Shown here: positions 26,028 through 38,339 of the stretch, one piece after another | How the letters are laid out: each line of letters begins with the position of its first letter | How positions within the stretch are numbered: the first letter of the stretch is position 1 | Position numbers and translations under genes: made by a program | The notes under the pieces: model-generated | What the model saw: only the letters and a program-made list of their open reading frames with translations | What the model was told of the DNA's origin: nothing | Databases searched by the model: none | DNA from: Girardia tigrina | Taxonomy: Eukaryota | Length of the DNA stretch: 51,397 nucleotides | Direction of reading: 5' to 3' | NCBI GenBank assembly: GCA_001938485.1 | Contig: MQRK01239985.1 | Span: 1 to 51,397 of the forward strand

Positions 26028-26147
26028 CTTAATCTCTCGGATGGTAGTTTCGTGCCACTGACCTTTCGATCAAGCAAATTTACCAGTGATCCGTGGTTCC
26101 TCTCGTACTGAACAGAATTACTATTGTAATGACGATCATAAAACTAA
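26028..26147 (-). pseudogene. 28S (LSU) rRNA fragment including the sarcin-ricin loop
   Basis: Minus strand TTAGTTTTATGATCGTCATTACAATAGTAATTCTGTTCAGTACGAGAGGAACC...GCTTGATCGAAAGGTCAGTGGCACGAAACTACCATCCG matches the conserved 3' domain of eukaryotic LSU rRNA, with small deletions. Confidence 0.85.
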
Positions 26148-27394
26148 TTCGAAATTATGTTAACGAGCTCGTTGTCAATGTTACTTTCGGTCACTCTGCG
26201 AAATGCTTTATTGAAAGATAAAAACGTTAATGAGCATTTATCGCCGATCGTCGCCTCAATTTTGTCATTGAATTCTGTTAGAGAAAATGACTTTTATTTT
26301 AGTAGTCACAAACTTGAATTTATTTAAGCTGACAAGAAATCAACTTGTGCTAAAAATGACGGTCTCCCCCTCTGCGTCCCTAGTGAGATATTTTCAGATT
26401 TAATCTTCTCTCAAAACAAAAAAACCCACGCCAGCAAAACATCGCTGAGGTCGCATTACTGCGCCGACTCTGCTTTCAAACTTTCTGTTGTCATTTGTAA
26501 AAAAATGTTATTAATATTCACTTGACACGGTCCAGTTATAAATGACAAATATACATTTTTATTTAGAATAATATATTTCTATTTTCATGAGCTTTGGACC
26601 ATTTTTGACCCTAATACCTAAAATGAGAACCATTGACCCAAATAAATCTAAAATGAAATATCTGATCGTTCTTCATAAGTAATTACTAAACTAAATGTCT
26701 CCTCGTATTTGAACTCGACTTTAATTTCAAAAACTTAATTTTCAAAAACAAAATGTAAAATGTTAACTAAAAATAAATGTTTTTTGATTTATTTCTTTGT
26801 TTATTATTCCATGGAACCATTTTTTTAATAAATACAATTTTGCTTTGTTAATAATTTGATTTACGTATTGAGAAAGACGACTTTTTTATTTTCAATTCAT
26901 TCAAGGTTCATTTTTTATAATGTTTTTTTTGTAAATAAATTCAATGTTTTTAGGACATACGTATAACTTGTACAGAGATTATTAATATTTAATAATGTTA
27001 CTTAAGTTTTAAATAATTTTTTAGTTATAATTTTTATAATAAGGCAGCCAACTCTTCTTTTGTACTGTTACTTTTTAAAGATTTTTATATAAATAATGAT
27101 CCTATCACAAAATAATTTCGTTTTGCTAAACATATAAATTATATTTTTTCTTCACTGATACAATGGCAAATCGTATTAAAATAATGTTACGCTTTTGAGT
27201 CTTTTTTAAATAATGTAAACTTCAAATCCTTATTTCATCTACCGTATAAAATTTATGTTTCACTTTTTATTTATAAATTATAAAAATTTATAAATTAAAT
27301 GATTTATAATTGTTAGGAATTAAGAAATATTAATAAAATTTTTGAAATAATGTAAAACAATTTGATTTATTGTTTGTCATTCTGAGGAATAAAA

Positions 27395-29450
27395 TGAACC
27401 TATTTTTTGGGGAAAACAGCAGGGAAATCGGTCTCCATGATGAAACCTTGCTCTATTTGCCCTCTTTTCCAGGTTTAGAGATTAAGATTGTTATGAATTC
27501 CCACCAGTTTTTCAGTTTTTCGTTGCTTTCTATAATTTTCTCAAACAGCTTAGCCCGGATAGTGTCTCCAGAATCACAGTACTCCATGTCCTTTTACGTA
27601 ATGTTAAATTTCCCCGGGCTAGACTTTTTCACTTTGGTCAAGACCAACAGGATATCTGCTTCTGTTATTTTCTGGAATCCAAATTCAGGTCCTTTCTCAA
27701 TGCGTGGGCATTAACTTCAATCTGTATTCAGAGATGCATGTTTGTTTGTTCATAATTTTGTATATTCTCAGTAGTAGAACAAGTTGTAGCTTTAGTATCA
27801 TTTCAATAACCTTTTTTGGCTCTGTCTTGTATTTTACATTGAGGTATTTGTCATTTTGTCATCTGGCTTCACCAACCTTTCCATTGTAGGGTTTCTTATA
27901 GCTTTGCTTCTAATTCGTTAGTATTAATTGTTCAAATTTCTTAGTGAAATCTTCGTTCGGGTCATTAATGACTGTTTTTAAGAATTCTTCAACCGCGTTA
28001 ACTCTCTTCTGATACGTTTGGTCTAGATTTGTTTTCTTTACGTTGGTCGTCGTTTGGGTATACAGTTTGGTTTTACTTTTTTTGTTGTAAGTTCCCAAAC
28101 AGTGTTTCTCGCAGCTTCGTTTAGGTTATAATTATTCACTATCTGATAGATATAGTTAGTCTTTTCCCGCGAATTGGTCCGATTTTGTCGTCATTACCAT
28201 TCCCATTTAGTATCATTTATGAAAAACGTGTGGAGATTTTTGTTCAAGGTATCAATTACCTTTTTCTGTTCATCAGACATTGTTGGAAGTATGTTCATGA
28301 TGCTCGTTCTCTTATTTTCTTGGTAAAAGGCTACTAGAATCCATTTCATGTCTGAGATGCAAAGAGGACATAGAACTAAACTCTTCCCAACGAATTTCCA
28401 CTAAGAAATATTCTTCCGTATAAAATCTTCATTTCCATTACTAATTTTGTAAGTGACTCTATGGTCCGAAATTAGAATATTATCTGGTGTCTGCAAGTTT
28501 AGTACCAATTTTTCCATTCTCTTGGTTCTGAAATTGTATGATGTTTTTAGGTTTTCTTGCTTTCTATTTTTGAGTATTTTTTTCTAGGTACTTGGTTGTT
28601 TTTTTTACTATTATCCGATTGCTGACTACCACCTTTACTCTGTAGTTCTACTTGGCCCGAGATATGTAATCTTAATGAATTCGACTTTATTTGAATATCT
28701 CTAATATGTATATTGAATAGAGGGTATCTCTTCTTTTAAAGAAATTTTCAATGAATCCGCATGTGTATGGCCAGCAGTCATAGTTATTATCCTGCTGCTC
28801 ACATGTGTAGTACTTGATGGGGAGTCTGATATTAAAGAGATTGTTGTTTTTATCCGTCGCCCTTTTCTTCAATGTTGTTATAAAGTGGGTAATTAATGCT
28901 GTAACCTGTTTCTCGCTAGGGCAATCATTCAGAGAGTTGAATATAAACACATAGTGCAACACATATTAATCCAATGTATGTTATTATAATTGACTGGGGC
29001 GAAACAATATTGTATTTTTTCGAGGTTGAAGCCCCTAAGAACATGTGATAGATCTTCTTCGCCCTCAAAGACTCTGGTGATTGTGTAGCTTGGAGCCAAC
29101 GGTATGTTGACAGGTTTTTCAAATGTATCTAGATATATTGAAGTATACATATCATCAAATCAGTAACTTGGATCAGGTTTAAATGGGTTTTCCATAATCT
29201 CTTTGTTGCTGGAGATTATGGTGCCAATCTGTTATTGTGCACATTTTGGACCTCGGAGGCTTTTGTTCCGAGGAGTTTTGATCAGTCATATTTGTGAGTG
29301 GTCCGAACAGATGGAACTGTTATCGTCTATTTGCGAGTCATTTGCCCCTTCAAAATCACTCACTATTTCGGTTTCACTTTGCTGAGTGTCAGCAAAAAGG
29401 TCCGTTTGATGAAGCGCGCGATCTCCACTCGTTCAAAAAGCATTGAGTGA
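27395..29450 (-). mobile_element. 5' half of a NeSL/R2-superfamily non-LTR retrotransposon with Ulp1 (C48) protease domain(s); degraded; ends approximate
   Basis: Ulp1 motifs APVNYNNIHW and CEQQDNNYDCWPYTCGF; second Ulp1-like segment LVLCPLCISDMKWILVAF; RT N-terminal motifs KITEADIL..KKSSPG..IT and ITILISKPGK..SWRPISLL. Confidence 0.8.
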
Positions 29451-30049
29451 TTAATGAAATTTAAATAAAATAATAAAATAATAATTGTTCTTATCACTTA
29501 TTTTAAAAAAAATATCCATAATTTTTCTTTGAAATATTTAAGAATTTTTTTCAAAAAATAAATAAAATCAATTTTGCAAAAATTTATTTTAATAGTTAGT
29601 TATTATATAAATTTTAAGAGGACTGACGAATTATTAAAACTTTCTGCAATTTGGTTTGGAATTTTTTATTGTCAGATGTAATTAAACAAATCATTTGTTA
29701 ATTTTTTCCCATAAATTTCTGAGGATTTTTTTTGGGGATAAAAAAATTAAAGCTTCATACTAATTTCGTCTAAAATTATTTGTCTTTAAGTCATACGTCT
29801 ATTCCTCTTTCGTGTTGATATTGCGTTTTACAATTAATAGAATATTAAATTAGCAAATATCTGAGTAGTTATTGAGAAAATATAAATTTAAATTATTTAA
29901 TTCTTTACAGTTAAAAACAGTTTATTTATAAAATTCTGGAAACGTCTTTTTATTTGTTTAAAAAAATTGAAAATGATATTTTTTAAATAATTAAAAAATA
30001 GTGGCAATTTATTTATAAAAAAATTAACACGCCTTTTATAAAACAAGTT

Positions 30050-31745
30050 TTATTTGCTAAGACTATTAATTTTGATGTTTTGTCCAGGGCTGCGGAGTCG
30101 GAGTCAAAGTATAAGTCAGAGTCGTGAAACTCGACACTGACTGCGAGTCCTACCAATTTTATTTAATTTCTTAGCCGTAAACTTTTTGAAAATTATTTTT
30201 AATTTAGAGTTATCACGTTTTTTTAATCACATTTTATTTATTAAATTTTTAACAATTTTATTTCAAAAATTAACAATTGTATTTCAAAAAATAAAAATTC
30301 TATTTTTAAATTCATAAATTGTATTTAAAAAATATCAAAAATATATTTCAAAAAATATCTCCAAAGTTAGGCAGATGGTTATAATTGAAAGAACTCCCAA
30401 AATTGAAGTCAATTTTGAAAAGACTCGCAGGTAAAGGTGCAATTATTGATCAAGCAACATGATTGGGTATTACATATGCAATTCCACATCGATTACTCGA
30501 ATTAAGAGGTTAATTTGTTGATATGGCAAATCCGAAACTTGCATTAACAGAAGACTAATTGTCAGAAATTTTGAAGATAGAAATTGTTCTGCGGCATCCA
30601 TACCATGTGACTAAAATGTTACAAGCTGAGGATTTAACTCGTAGAAAATTCCTTAAGGACTGGAAAAATTTAATTCATAAATTATCACATATTGGAGGAC
30701 CATCGAATGCAAAGCAAACAATGCATCGGATACTATTAAATGAAAACCAGTTATTAAGAAGTAAAGAATTTATATTCGATATCACATGTCAATTAAAAAA
30801 CTTACCATTAAAAAATTAAGATAGTTTAAAGGATTAATTATTATCAACAGACTCATTGACAGATGATAATTGTGATTTAGATAAATTTTTAAATACACAA
30901 AACTGTTTGAAATGTCGCCATTTAGAAATTACTACACCGGTTAATGAACAAAATAAAGGAAATATAAAGGCGAAATATTTAAAGAAATAGAAAAATATGC
31001 CACATCATCTCAGGCGAAGATACAAGAAACGATTTGTTATTATCCAGAGGAAGTACAAGATATCGCTAATTTGCTATCAGTGTTGCCTCCGAAACAGGTA
31101 AGCGTGGAACGCTTATTTTTAGCTTTAAAAATTATAAAATCAGATTTACGGGATTCTATTAAGCAGGGTTTGTTAGAGACAATTCTGTTTTTAAGGACCA
31201 ATTTGTAATGATTTACTTTCATAAAAGTTGTCTTTAAGAATAAATAAATATTTAGATGATTGGATAACATTAAGTTTTATTATTTTTAGTGCATATAAAA
31301 ACATAATATGAATTACGATAAATAAATAAATTTTATTAATTGTTATACATTTATATATTTTTGTACCTCGAAAGTTAATTATTAGGTCTTTTTTTCTTTT
31401 TTTACGCTTCTGTTTAATTAAAAATAACTGAAAAAATAGCCGACAGTATATATAAATTGACCTAAAAAGGAGTCGGAGTGGGACATTTAAAAGTATAGGA
31501 GTTGGAGTCGGACAATTTTAGTCCGACTCCGCAGCCCTGGTTTTGACCATCGTTGCTAGATCATCAATCAAATATAAAGGAGTTGTTTTTCAATCAACGA
31601 ATAATTATGTCATTTAAACACACTCAATAATTTTGTCTAGAGACCCGTTTGGAAATTATTCTTATAATTTACTAATCTGATTTATACTGCTTTATAGTTC
31701 ACTCTCTTCCAATAATTAATTAACTAAACATTCAGGATTCTAAAA
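30050..31745 (-). mobile_element. Penelope-like 3' end (pLTR) split by the hAT insertion inside its hammerhead
   Basis: 31548-31745 reverse-complements to NYWKRVNYKAV...LSVFK* plus GTGTGTTTAAATGACATAATTATT shared with ~38776-38799; hammerhead halves ATGATCTAGCAACGATGGTCAAAAC | ATCAAAATTAATAGTCTT lie either side of the hAT. Confidence 0.7.
30085..31539 (+). mobile_element. Internally deleted hAT transposon with transposase remnants
   Basis: TIRs CAGGGCTGCGGAGTCGGA / TCCGACTCCGCAGCCCTG; 8-bp TSD GTTTTGTC / GTTTTGAC; GGAGTC subterminal repeats; IIDQAT.. (TRW region) and hATC dimerisation LPPKQVSVERLFLALKIIKSDLR. Confidence 0.92.
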
Positions 31746-31803
31746 GTATTTATGTTTATATTTGTATTACAATTTTATATTTTTGCAATTATAGTTTCAA
31801 ATA

Positions 31804-31918
31804 GTCAAAAGTCGCGGTTGGTTAAACCGGATCCTGTCCGATCTCCGGAGTTAAGCTACCAACGGTTACATTAGTACTTATAGGGTTGACCGATTGGTAA
31901 TACACGGGGCCATTGACT
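31804..31918 (+). ncRNA. 5S rRNA-like head of the SINE (Pol III type 1 promoter-like)
   Basis: CCGGATCCTGTCCGATCTCCGGAGTTAAGC (loop C / A box) and TTAGTACTTATAGGGTTGACCG (IE / C box region); GTCAA/TTGAC terminal helix; GTTGGT/ACCAAC helix; no oligo-T terminator directly after. Confidence 0.8.
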
Positions 31919-32157
31919 ATTCAGGTAAGTTAATGCAGACATGTCTTCTACATGTATCATTTAAATCTGTACTGTACGATTAAACCGACCCCCTCACCCA
32001 GAGTAACCTGGCATAGGGCGGATGAGCTCCTTGGTGCCAACGTTAATCCATACCTGGAGAGGCGATATGCGCTGCCATTTTATTTACCTGCTGAAACCAA
32101 ACCAAATGGTTTGTACATAATTGGGTGCACCCACGGCCCAATGGCCTAGTTAAAAAA
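31804..32157 (+). mobile_element. 5S rRNA-derived SINE (SINE3-type)
   Basis: 5S-like head 31804-31918; ~230-bp unrelated body; stem-loop tail and A-rich end; 11-bp TSD AGTTTCAAATA at 31793-31803 and 32158-32168. Confidence 0.85.
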
Positions 32158-32210
32158 AGTTTCAAATAATTATTATTATATAAGGAAGATTTGAAATTCA
32201 TATTTTCTTT

Positions 32211-32253
32211 ATGACCTGCTGATGATGGTTTTACCTTCGAAATTAATTGTCTT
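32211..32253 (+). ncRNA. Degenerate minimal type I hammerhead ribozyme (Penelope pLTR)
   Basis: ATGAC-CTGCTGA-T-GATGG-TTTTA-CCTTC-GAA-ATTAAT-T-GTCTT; A6 of the CUGANGA core changed to C. Confidence 0.6.
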
Positions 32254-33055
32254 AGAATGTTTTTGATGATTTTTTTAGAAGTAAATAAAATAATCTAACT
32301 AACAATTTAAATATTAAAAAAAACCTTATTTTATTTCTTTTCTAAATATTTTTATTTCCTATTTCTGTTAAAAAAAATTAAACAACAATATTAAAATCTA
32401 TTTTTTAATAAATATTTTTAATTGGTATTTTTAAAAATTATTTTAGGGATTAAACGTGGGAAAATTAAAATAAATTATTTGATTTGTTTTTTATAATACT
32501 GAAACAATTTTTCAAGAGTGCTTAAATTATATAATTATTTATTGTTATGAAATATTTTCAAAATAATTTGAGTCACAAATTTTATGCAATATTTATTAAG
32601 AATATTTTCCAGCTGTTTTGATTATATTTCTTTTGTTAGAGCTATTATAACATTAATTTTTTCTGCAACAAAATAAAACAACGAAATTATTATTTAATTA
32701 TTTCCATAAAATGGAAATATTTCTATAAAAGAATTTGGAAAAAAATTTTTTTAATAATTTATAAATGTACATTAAACTAAAAATATAGTTTACATATATT
32801 TTATTTTAAATGAATAAAATTTCTCTGGTAAGATAAGTAGTATAAATGAATACCGATATATGACTGAATATATATTTTAACATTTAATTCTAAGAAAAGA
32901 CGACCAATAAACAAGGTCTGGGCATTTTAAAGTTTAAAATGTTATAAATATTACCCCTTTTTGATTAAAAAAGAATAACATTATTGTTAGCGTTCTTTGA
33001 AATAAAAATATTGTTTCCTATCTACATGACAGTTTTAACTTTCAATGTTTTAGTA

Positions 33056-33058
<3 letters not shown>

Positions 33059-33098
<40 letters not shown>
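33059..33098. repeat. (AT)n microsatellite
   Basis: Direct observation. Confidence 0.95.
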
Positions 33099-33104
<6 letters not shown>

Positions 33105-34429
33105 TTATAAATTCAAATTTATAGACTGAAATATTAAAGTTAGAGACACATTGCTTATCACGAAGTCAAATTTCGTCTTGATTTTGTCTATAGTTGAAAG
33201 GATATCCAACATCTAAAAGAAAAAGGTTTCGGTACTGTGTTCCTTCTGCTCTAATGGGGCCCTAAAAAGATTATTGTTCCCAATAGGGTTCGAAGGAGTA
33301 CACAGAGTGTTCTCTTTAGATTGTGATTTACAGAAGATACGTAGTTGTGTAGTGAGCTCCTTTAGTTTTCCTTCTCCCTTATTGTTGAGTATCTTCTGAA
33401 TTTGTTAGATTAGAGCCTCGACTCTTTCACAAAACCCCTCACCAAGATTAGAAACCTTGGATTATTGCGATGCAATCGACAACTCGACTGCAGGGTCACT
33501 ACTTCCTACAGCCATGACACTCAGTTTAGGTAAACTACAGCTTTGTAAGTGGATTGCAAGCCCACTGGTACTACAATATTCTGTCGGCACAGATATTGGC
33601 TAGCTTTCAAACATTTATCCTAACGACGGAATCGTATCAAATATAGTTTCCCAGGGATATTACGCGGAAGTATGTCTTCCCGGCTCGCACAGGAATCCCT
33701 GAAGTAAAGGTGAAAAATATTTCACTATAAAGATGTTGAGTATTGAAAAGTTGATAATTCAATCTTTAAGACAACAATGTATTAAGAGTTTCATAAAATA
33801 TTTTATTACAAATGTTCTTTCATTCAGCTGTTTTCAAGAAAAAAAAGAATTTATCAATGAAAACCTTTCGTAGTCTAATTTACTATCTGTAATTATTTTA
33901 GATATTAATGGAAAAGTACATTATTTTCGAACGAACAGCTTAATTTGTATTTATCATCGAAATTAGTGGAAAATATAATTCTTAATACGAATAGGAAAAT
34001 ATTTTAAATCATGTTTTATATTTTAATTTTTCCTCGATGCAGGAGGCGCATTTGGAGAGATAATTATGGTTTCTGATTTCCCATTTTAACTTAAGAGCCA
34101 AAATATTATAATGTTACCAAAATTCAATATAATATCATCCGTTTAATCATTCGTTTTTTCCATTAAAAATATTAAAATTAATATATTTATAACAATAATG
34201 CATTCAATATGTGAATAAATTAAAAAATTATGGCAATTTTATATAAAACCAAAGATACGCAATTTCAAAATACTTTTGTGATAATATATTTTGATGGTTT
34301 TACCGTGATCTTCAGATCACTGATTATTAGTTTTTTTACTGCTTACATGAATGTGTAACCAATTACATAAAATTAATCGAAAATTCTTAACCAAAGTCAG
34401 TTAACTGCCTAAATTTTACGCCACCCTAT

Positions 34430-34600
34430 ATATCCGCCATCGTCAAATCAGCAATAAAATATGAATTCTAAATCTACTTGCAGTGATTATGCAAAAAATA
34501 AATAATTGGGTCATCTAAACACGTCCAATTAATCTAAAGACCTGTTAAATAGTGCTTTATAGGCCACTCTTTCACAATAATTATAAATTGAGCACACCAA
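34430..34600 (-). mobile_element. Penelope-like 3' end whose hammerhead is cut in loop II by a Tc1/mariner-like terminus (~34396-34428)
   Basis: Minus strand AATTATTGTGAAAGAGTGGCCTATAAAG..GTGTTTAGATGACCCAATTATT..TGATTTGACGATGGCGGATA, then TAGGGTGGCGTAAAATTTAGGCAGTTAAC. Confidence 0.6.
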
Positions 34601-35109
34601 TCAGTGCGAGCCTGAAGCCAGACATTATTTTTGTGTCACTTTTAATTTTTATATTGAATTGTCAGGATTGAAAATTTGTCGATCGAAAAATTGAAATTAT
34701 GACGAGCTTTTAATTGACATTTTATCTGATTGTTATTTAATATTAAACGTTGAGTAAAGTTTGTTGTCAAGCGTTAATTATTTGATATTTCGTCGAACAT
34801 TAATTTGGTTATTTAAAATTTTGTCAAATTTTGATTTATTTAAGAAAATTAATTGCACTGTTATTTTTAATTTTTATTTTAAGAATTTTACTGAAAAAAA
34901 ATACCACTTGATGAGTGAACATTTAATCTACAAACAAAAATGGATCTAGCACAAACACAAAATTCCATTAATTTAGAATCCGATACTGCCATTCTACCCC
35001 TGTCTTTTAGGCAATCTAGGGATCGGTAGGAAGAGTAAATAAAATAAGAATTTATTGCTTATTTTTAAAGTCCTGGATTTTTTCAGCTTTGATCATACTA
35101 TACGATATG

Positions 35110-36703
35110 ATATGAAAAATTAAAAAAATAATTTACATTTTTCACACTGTATTTGACCTTTACTGTTAAGTTTTGCTCTCTGTGGAGAAGGAGTTAAAGA
35201 TCTATTTCTAGTCATATCTGTTCTACATACATTGGCTAGGTGACCTCTTTTTCCACATTTATAATATGTTTTAATAGGTTAATTTCGATTATTATTTGTA
35301 TTATTTTTGAACTAACATTGACTGCTAACGTGACCAATTTTATTACAGTTATAACTTTGAGGTTTTCTTGTATAATTATTTGACTCTCTAGTGTCGTTAA
35401 ATCTCATTGATCTTGAAAAATTCGGACTTCTCGAATAATTTTGGCTTTGATTATTGTTATTTCTACCACCAAAATATTGATTTTGTCTAGGATTTTCATT
35501 TTGGGGTCTGTATCACTGTTGTTTGAATATGTCTTCTGTTTAGGTCTTTCTATCTGTTTTAATTCAGTTACACATACTGGTCAAATAGGAGCTGCAGTAG
35601 TATTCATTTATATTTTCATAGCCTTTTTTACCAGATCATCGTAATTTGAATAGTCCACAAAACAAAGTGCAATTCTTATGTTATTTTGAACTCCAGCCCA
35701 AAACTGATTTTCAACTATCTTTTTTGTTTGTTCTGTCCAATTTCTCTTTTCTCAAAACACTTTTTCCGCAAGTGTAGATAAATGCAAAGCGAATTCACCA
35801 ACTGATTCCTCCGAATTTTGAATTTGAGAATAAAACTTTTTCCGTATGATTCTACCAACATCGCCACTTATTAATTTTTCAGCCATTAAATCTTTCATAT
35901 TTGCCCAAGTTTCAACTCCATTTTTATCAATTTGATTAAAAACTTCTCTAACTGCACCTTTTAAATATAACGGTAATCTTTGAATCATTATTTTTTCGGC
36001 CCATCCATACGCTGTAGCAAACATAAATATTCTGTCATAAAATCTACGAACTCTACGGGATCTCCCCCATACTGATTTACAGGTAACTTTTGACAACTCG
36101 CAAAATCTATATTATTCTCTCTATTTTCTGCCATAGTTTCTTTTTTAACTATTTCCCGATTTCTCAAAGGATAATTAGACGTTTTGATACTTTTTTCGTA
36201 ATTTCAATTATTAAAAATATACTCTTTTTATTTTAAGAACAGAGGGCTCACCAAATATATTTATGTTGGGTATTAGAAATCTTAAATGTAATTATTTACT
36301 TTTAAAAACACAAATCTTTATTCTTTAATCTTTAATCTGAAATCTTTAATCTGAAATCTTTAATCTGACTCCAATTAATCAGAAAGGACTTCCAACGTAA
36401 ATATATAAATGAATGAACACAAAATTCTTTTTCAAAACTTTATTTTTCAATAACACAAAATAGCACACAGCTTTTTATTGTTCAAATCAATAGTATCAAT
36501 AAACGTATTCACAAACGGATATTCGATGCGAGTTTATCAGATCACAGCTTGTTAATTTTCAAACTCTAAATCTTTTAAACGAACGATAACCGTTAAACCC
36601 TTAAAGTCAAATGAACTTTATCCTCCTATACAGGATACTTAGTTCGACTTCAACTTCAAGAAAAAGAAATAAAAATAAAGAATTTAAATAAATTTACTCT
36701 ACA
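35110..36703 (-). mobile_element. Ty3/gypsy 5' portion: LTR (~36256-36703), PBS and frameshifted gag
   Basis: LTR starts TGTAGAG on the minus strand; PBS TTTGGTGAGCCC at 36255-36244; gag YGWAEKIMIQRLPLYLKG..Q..EESVGEFA; two CCHC knuckles (CYNCNKIGHVSSQC and YYKCGKRGHLANVC). Confidence 0.8.
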
Positions 36704-38339
36704 CGGATTCTTCTTAAAAATTTGTTGCAGGAAATTGTTTGTGTCCTTATAAATGAATTCGTTATTGTTTATATACTAGTTTTTTCTAACCTTGAAAATT
36801 GATCAAATAAAACAAAGACTAAAATATTTTTAATTTTGATTCCAAATTTTGCTAAACTAAATACTATTTTTTTGAAATTAATAATTTTATCAAAAGAATT
36901 ATTTTAAATTTTTTTTCTCCATAAAATTTTATCAAAAGTGTTCATATGTATTTTTTGAAACCCTAACACATTCACATATAAAGACATTTTTATATTACTG
37001 ATTCTATTGTTCACAGAATTCCTCAGTGAACCCGTCAACCGCCAAGTGCATTTTCAGTTGCGATATCAAGTAAAGACTACGTATTCTGAAAGAAGTGTAC
37101 CATCTCAATATAACTAATTTGTTAACTATTCTCCTTATACAACCTATTTTCTCGTTTTTGCGATTATTATTATTCATTTCTTCGTTGTATCTTTCCGTTT
37201 AATTTATTTCAAATTATATATTTTAAATATTATCTTTTATATTAAGTATTTATTCAATTTATTTCGTTTAATAGTTAAAAGTAATACCAATGATGGTTAA
37301 CCTACGGTTCAATTAGTTAGCTTACTTTTACAAACCTATCAAACCTTAAGGATCTTTATAGTTATCACGAAATCAATGTTTAGTTTTACACAAATAAGAT
37401 TTTTTTTCATTCCTTGAGGTAAATAGATACAAGTCCCCCTAGTTTGGAAATTTCAACACCGCCTTTAGTTTTATATACTAAATTATTTTAGTCTCGTTAT
37501 CTGAATTTTTTCGCTTATAAAAATATTTATTATTTTCAATTATTATTTTGCAAAATTTTTCTAAGTTTTAATAAAAATATTATTCTAAAAATAATTTCAT
37601 TTTCAGCTTGAACAAATCATAATAATTGTTCGTTATTTACAATTTTGATCATCAAAGCGTTTACAAAAATTGAAGAAAAATAATGAAGAGTAATGATATA
37701 AATTATAATTTTTTTTAATTATTGCTGATTAAATTTTTGAAAAAAAAACGATTTTGATTTTGTTTTTTTTTCGATTTATTTCTGCCACAATTTTTGTAAA
37801 CAGACGAACAAATGATGCATAAATCTCACAAAAATCTCATTTATTTGAGCACAACTCCAAAAAAATCTATTTCATGTTTACTGTAATTATGTTAATTATA
37901 TTCTGACCAAATAATACAATTCTTTTATTTTATTTTTCTTCTAAAATTCCATTTATGAAAGAACATCAAACAAAAAAGATAAATATTGGCTTTCATTTTT
38001 TTCTTTTATTGTATCTTTCAATCTTTGCTCATTTAATTCTGATTAAATATTTTCTGTATTTATAAAATATTGAAAAACATATTTAACAATTAATTTTAAT
38101 TGAATTATTTAGAATAATTATAACAGTTTATTTATCATAATATATATTAAGTTTAATCATAAAAAAATTTTTTTTAAGTATTAATAACTTTAATTTTGTA
38201 ATTAATAATTATTAAATAATTAATAATCAAAATTAATTAATAATTAATGGATTAATCAAATTAACTAGTAACAATTGTTATTCAAAATCGATCAAAGAAA
38301 AAATCGATAAATTAATCAATCAATCAAATTAAAAGGATA

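Noticed and set aside
31804-31918. Functional 5S rRNA gene
   Set aside because: Divergent, not in a tandem array, no terminator directly after, and part of a TSD-flanked A-tailed unit
32120-32151. Helitron 3' end (hairpin plus CTAG-T)
   Set aside because: An A tail and an 11-bp TSD follow; Helitrons make no TSD
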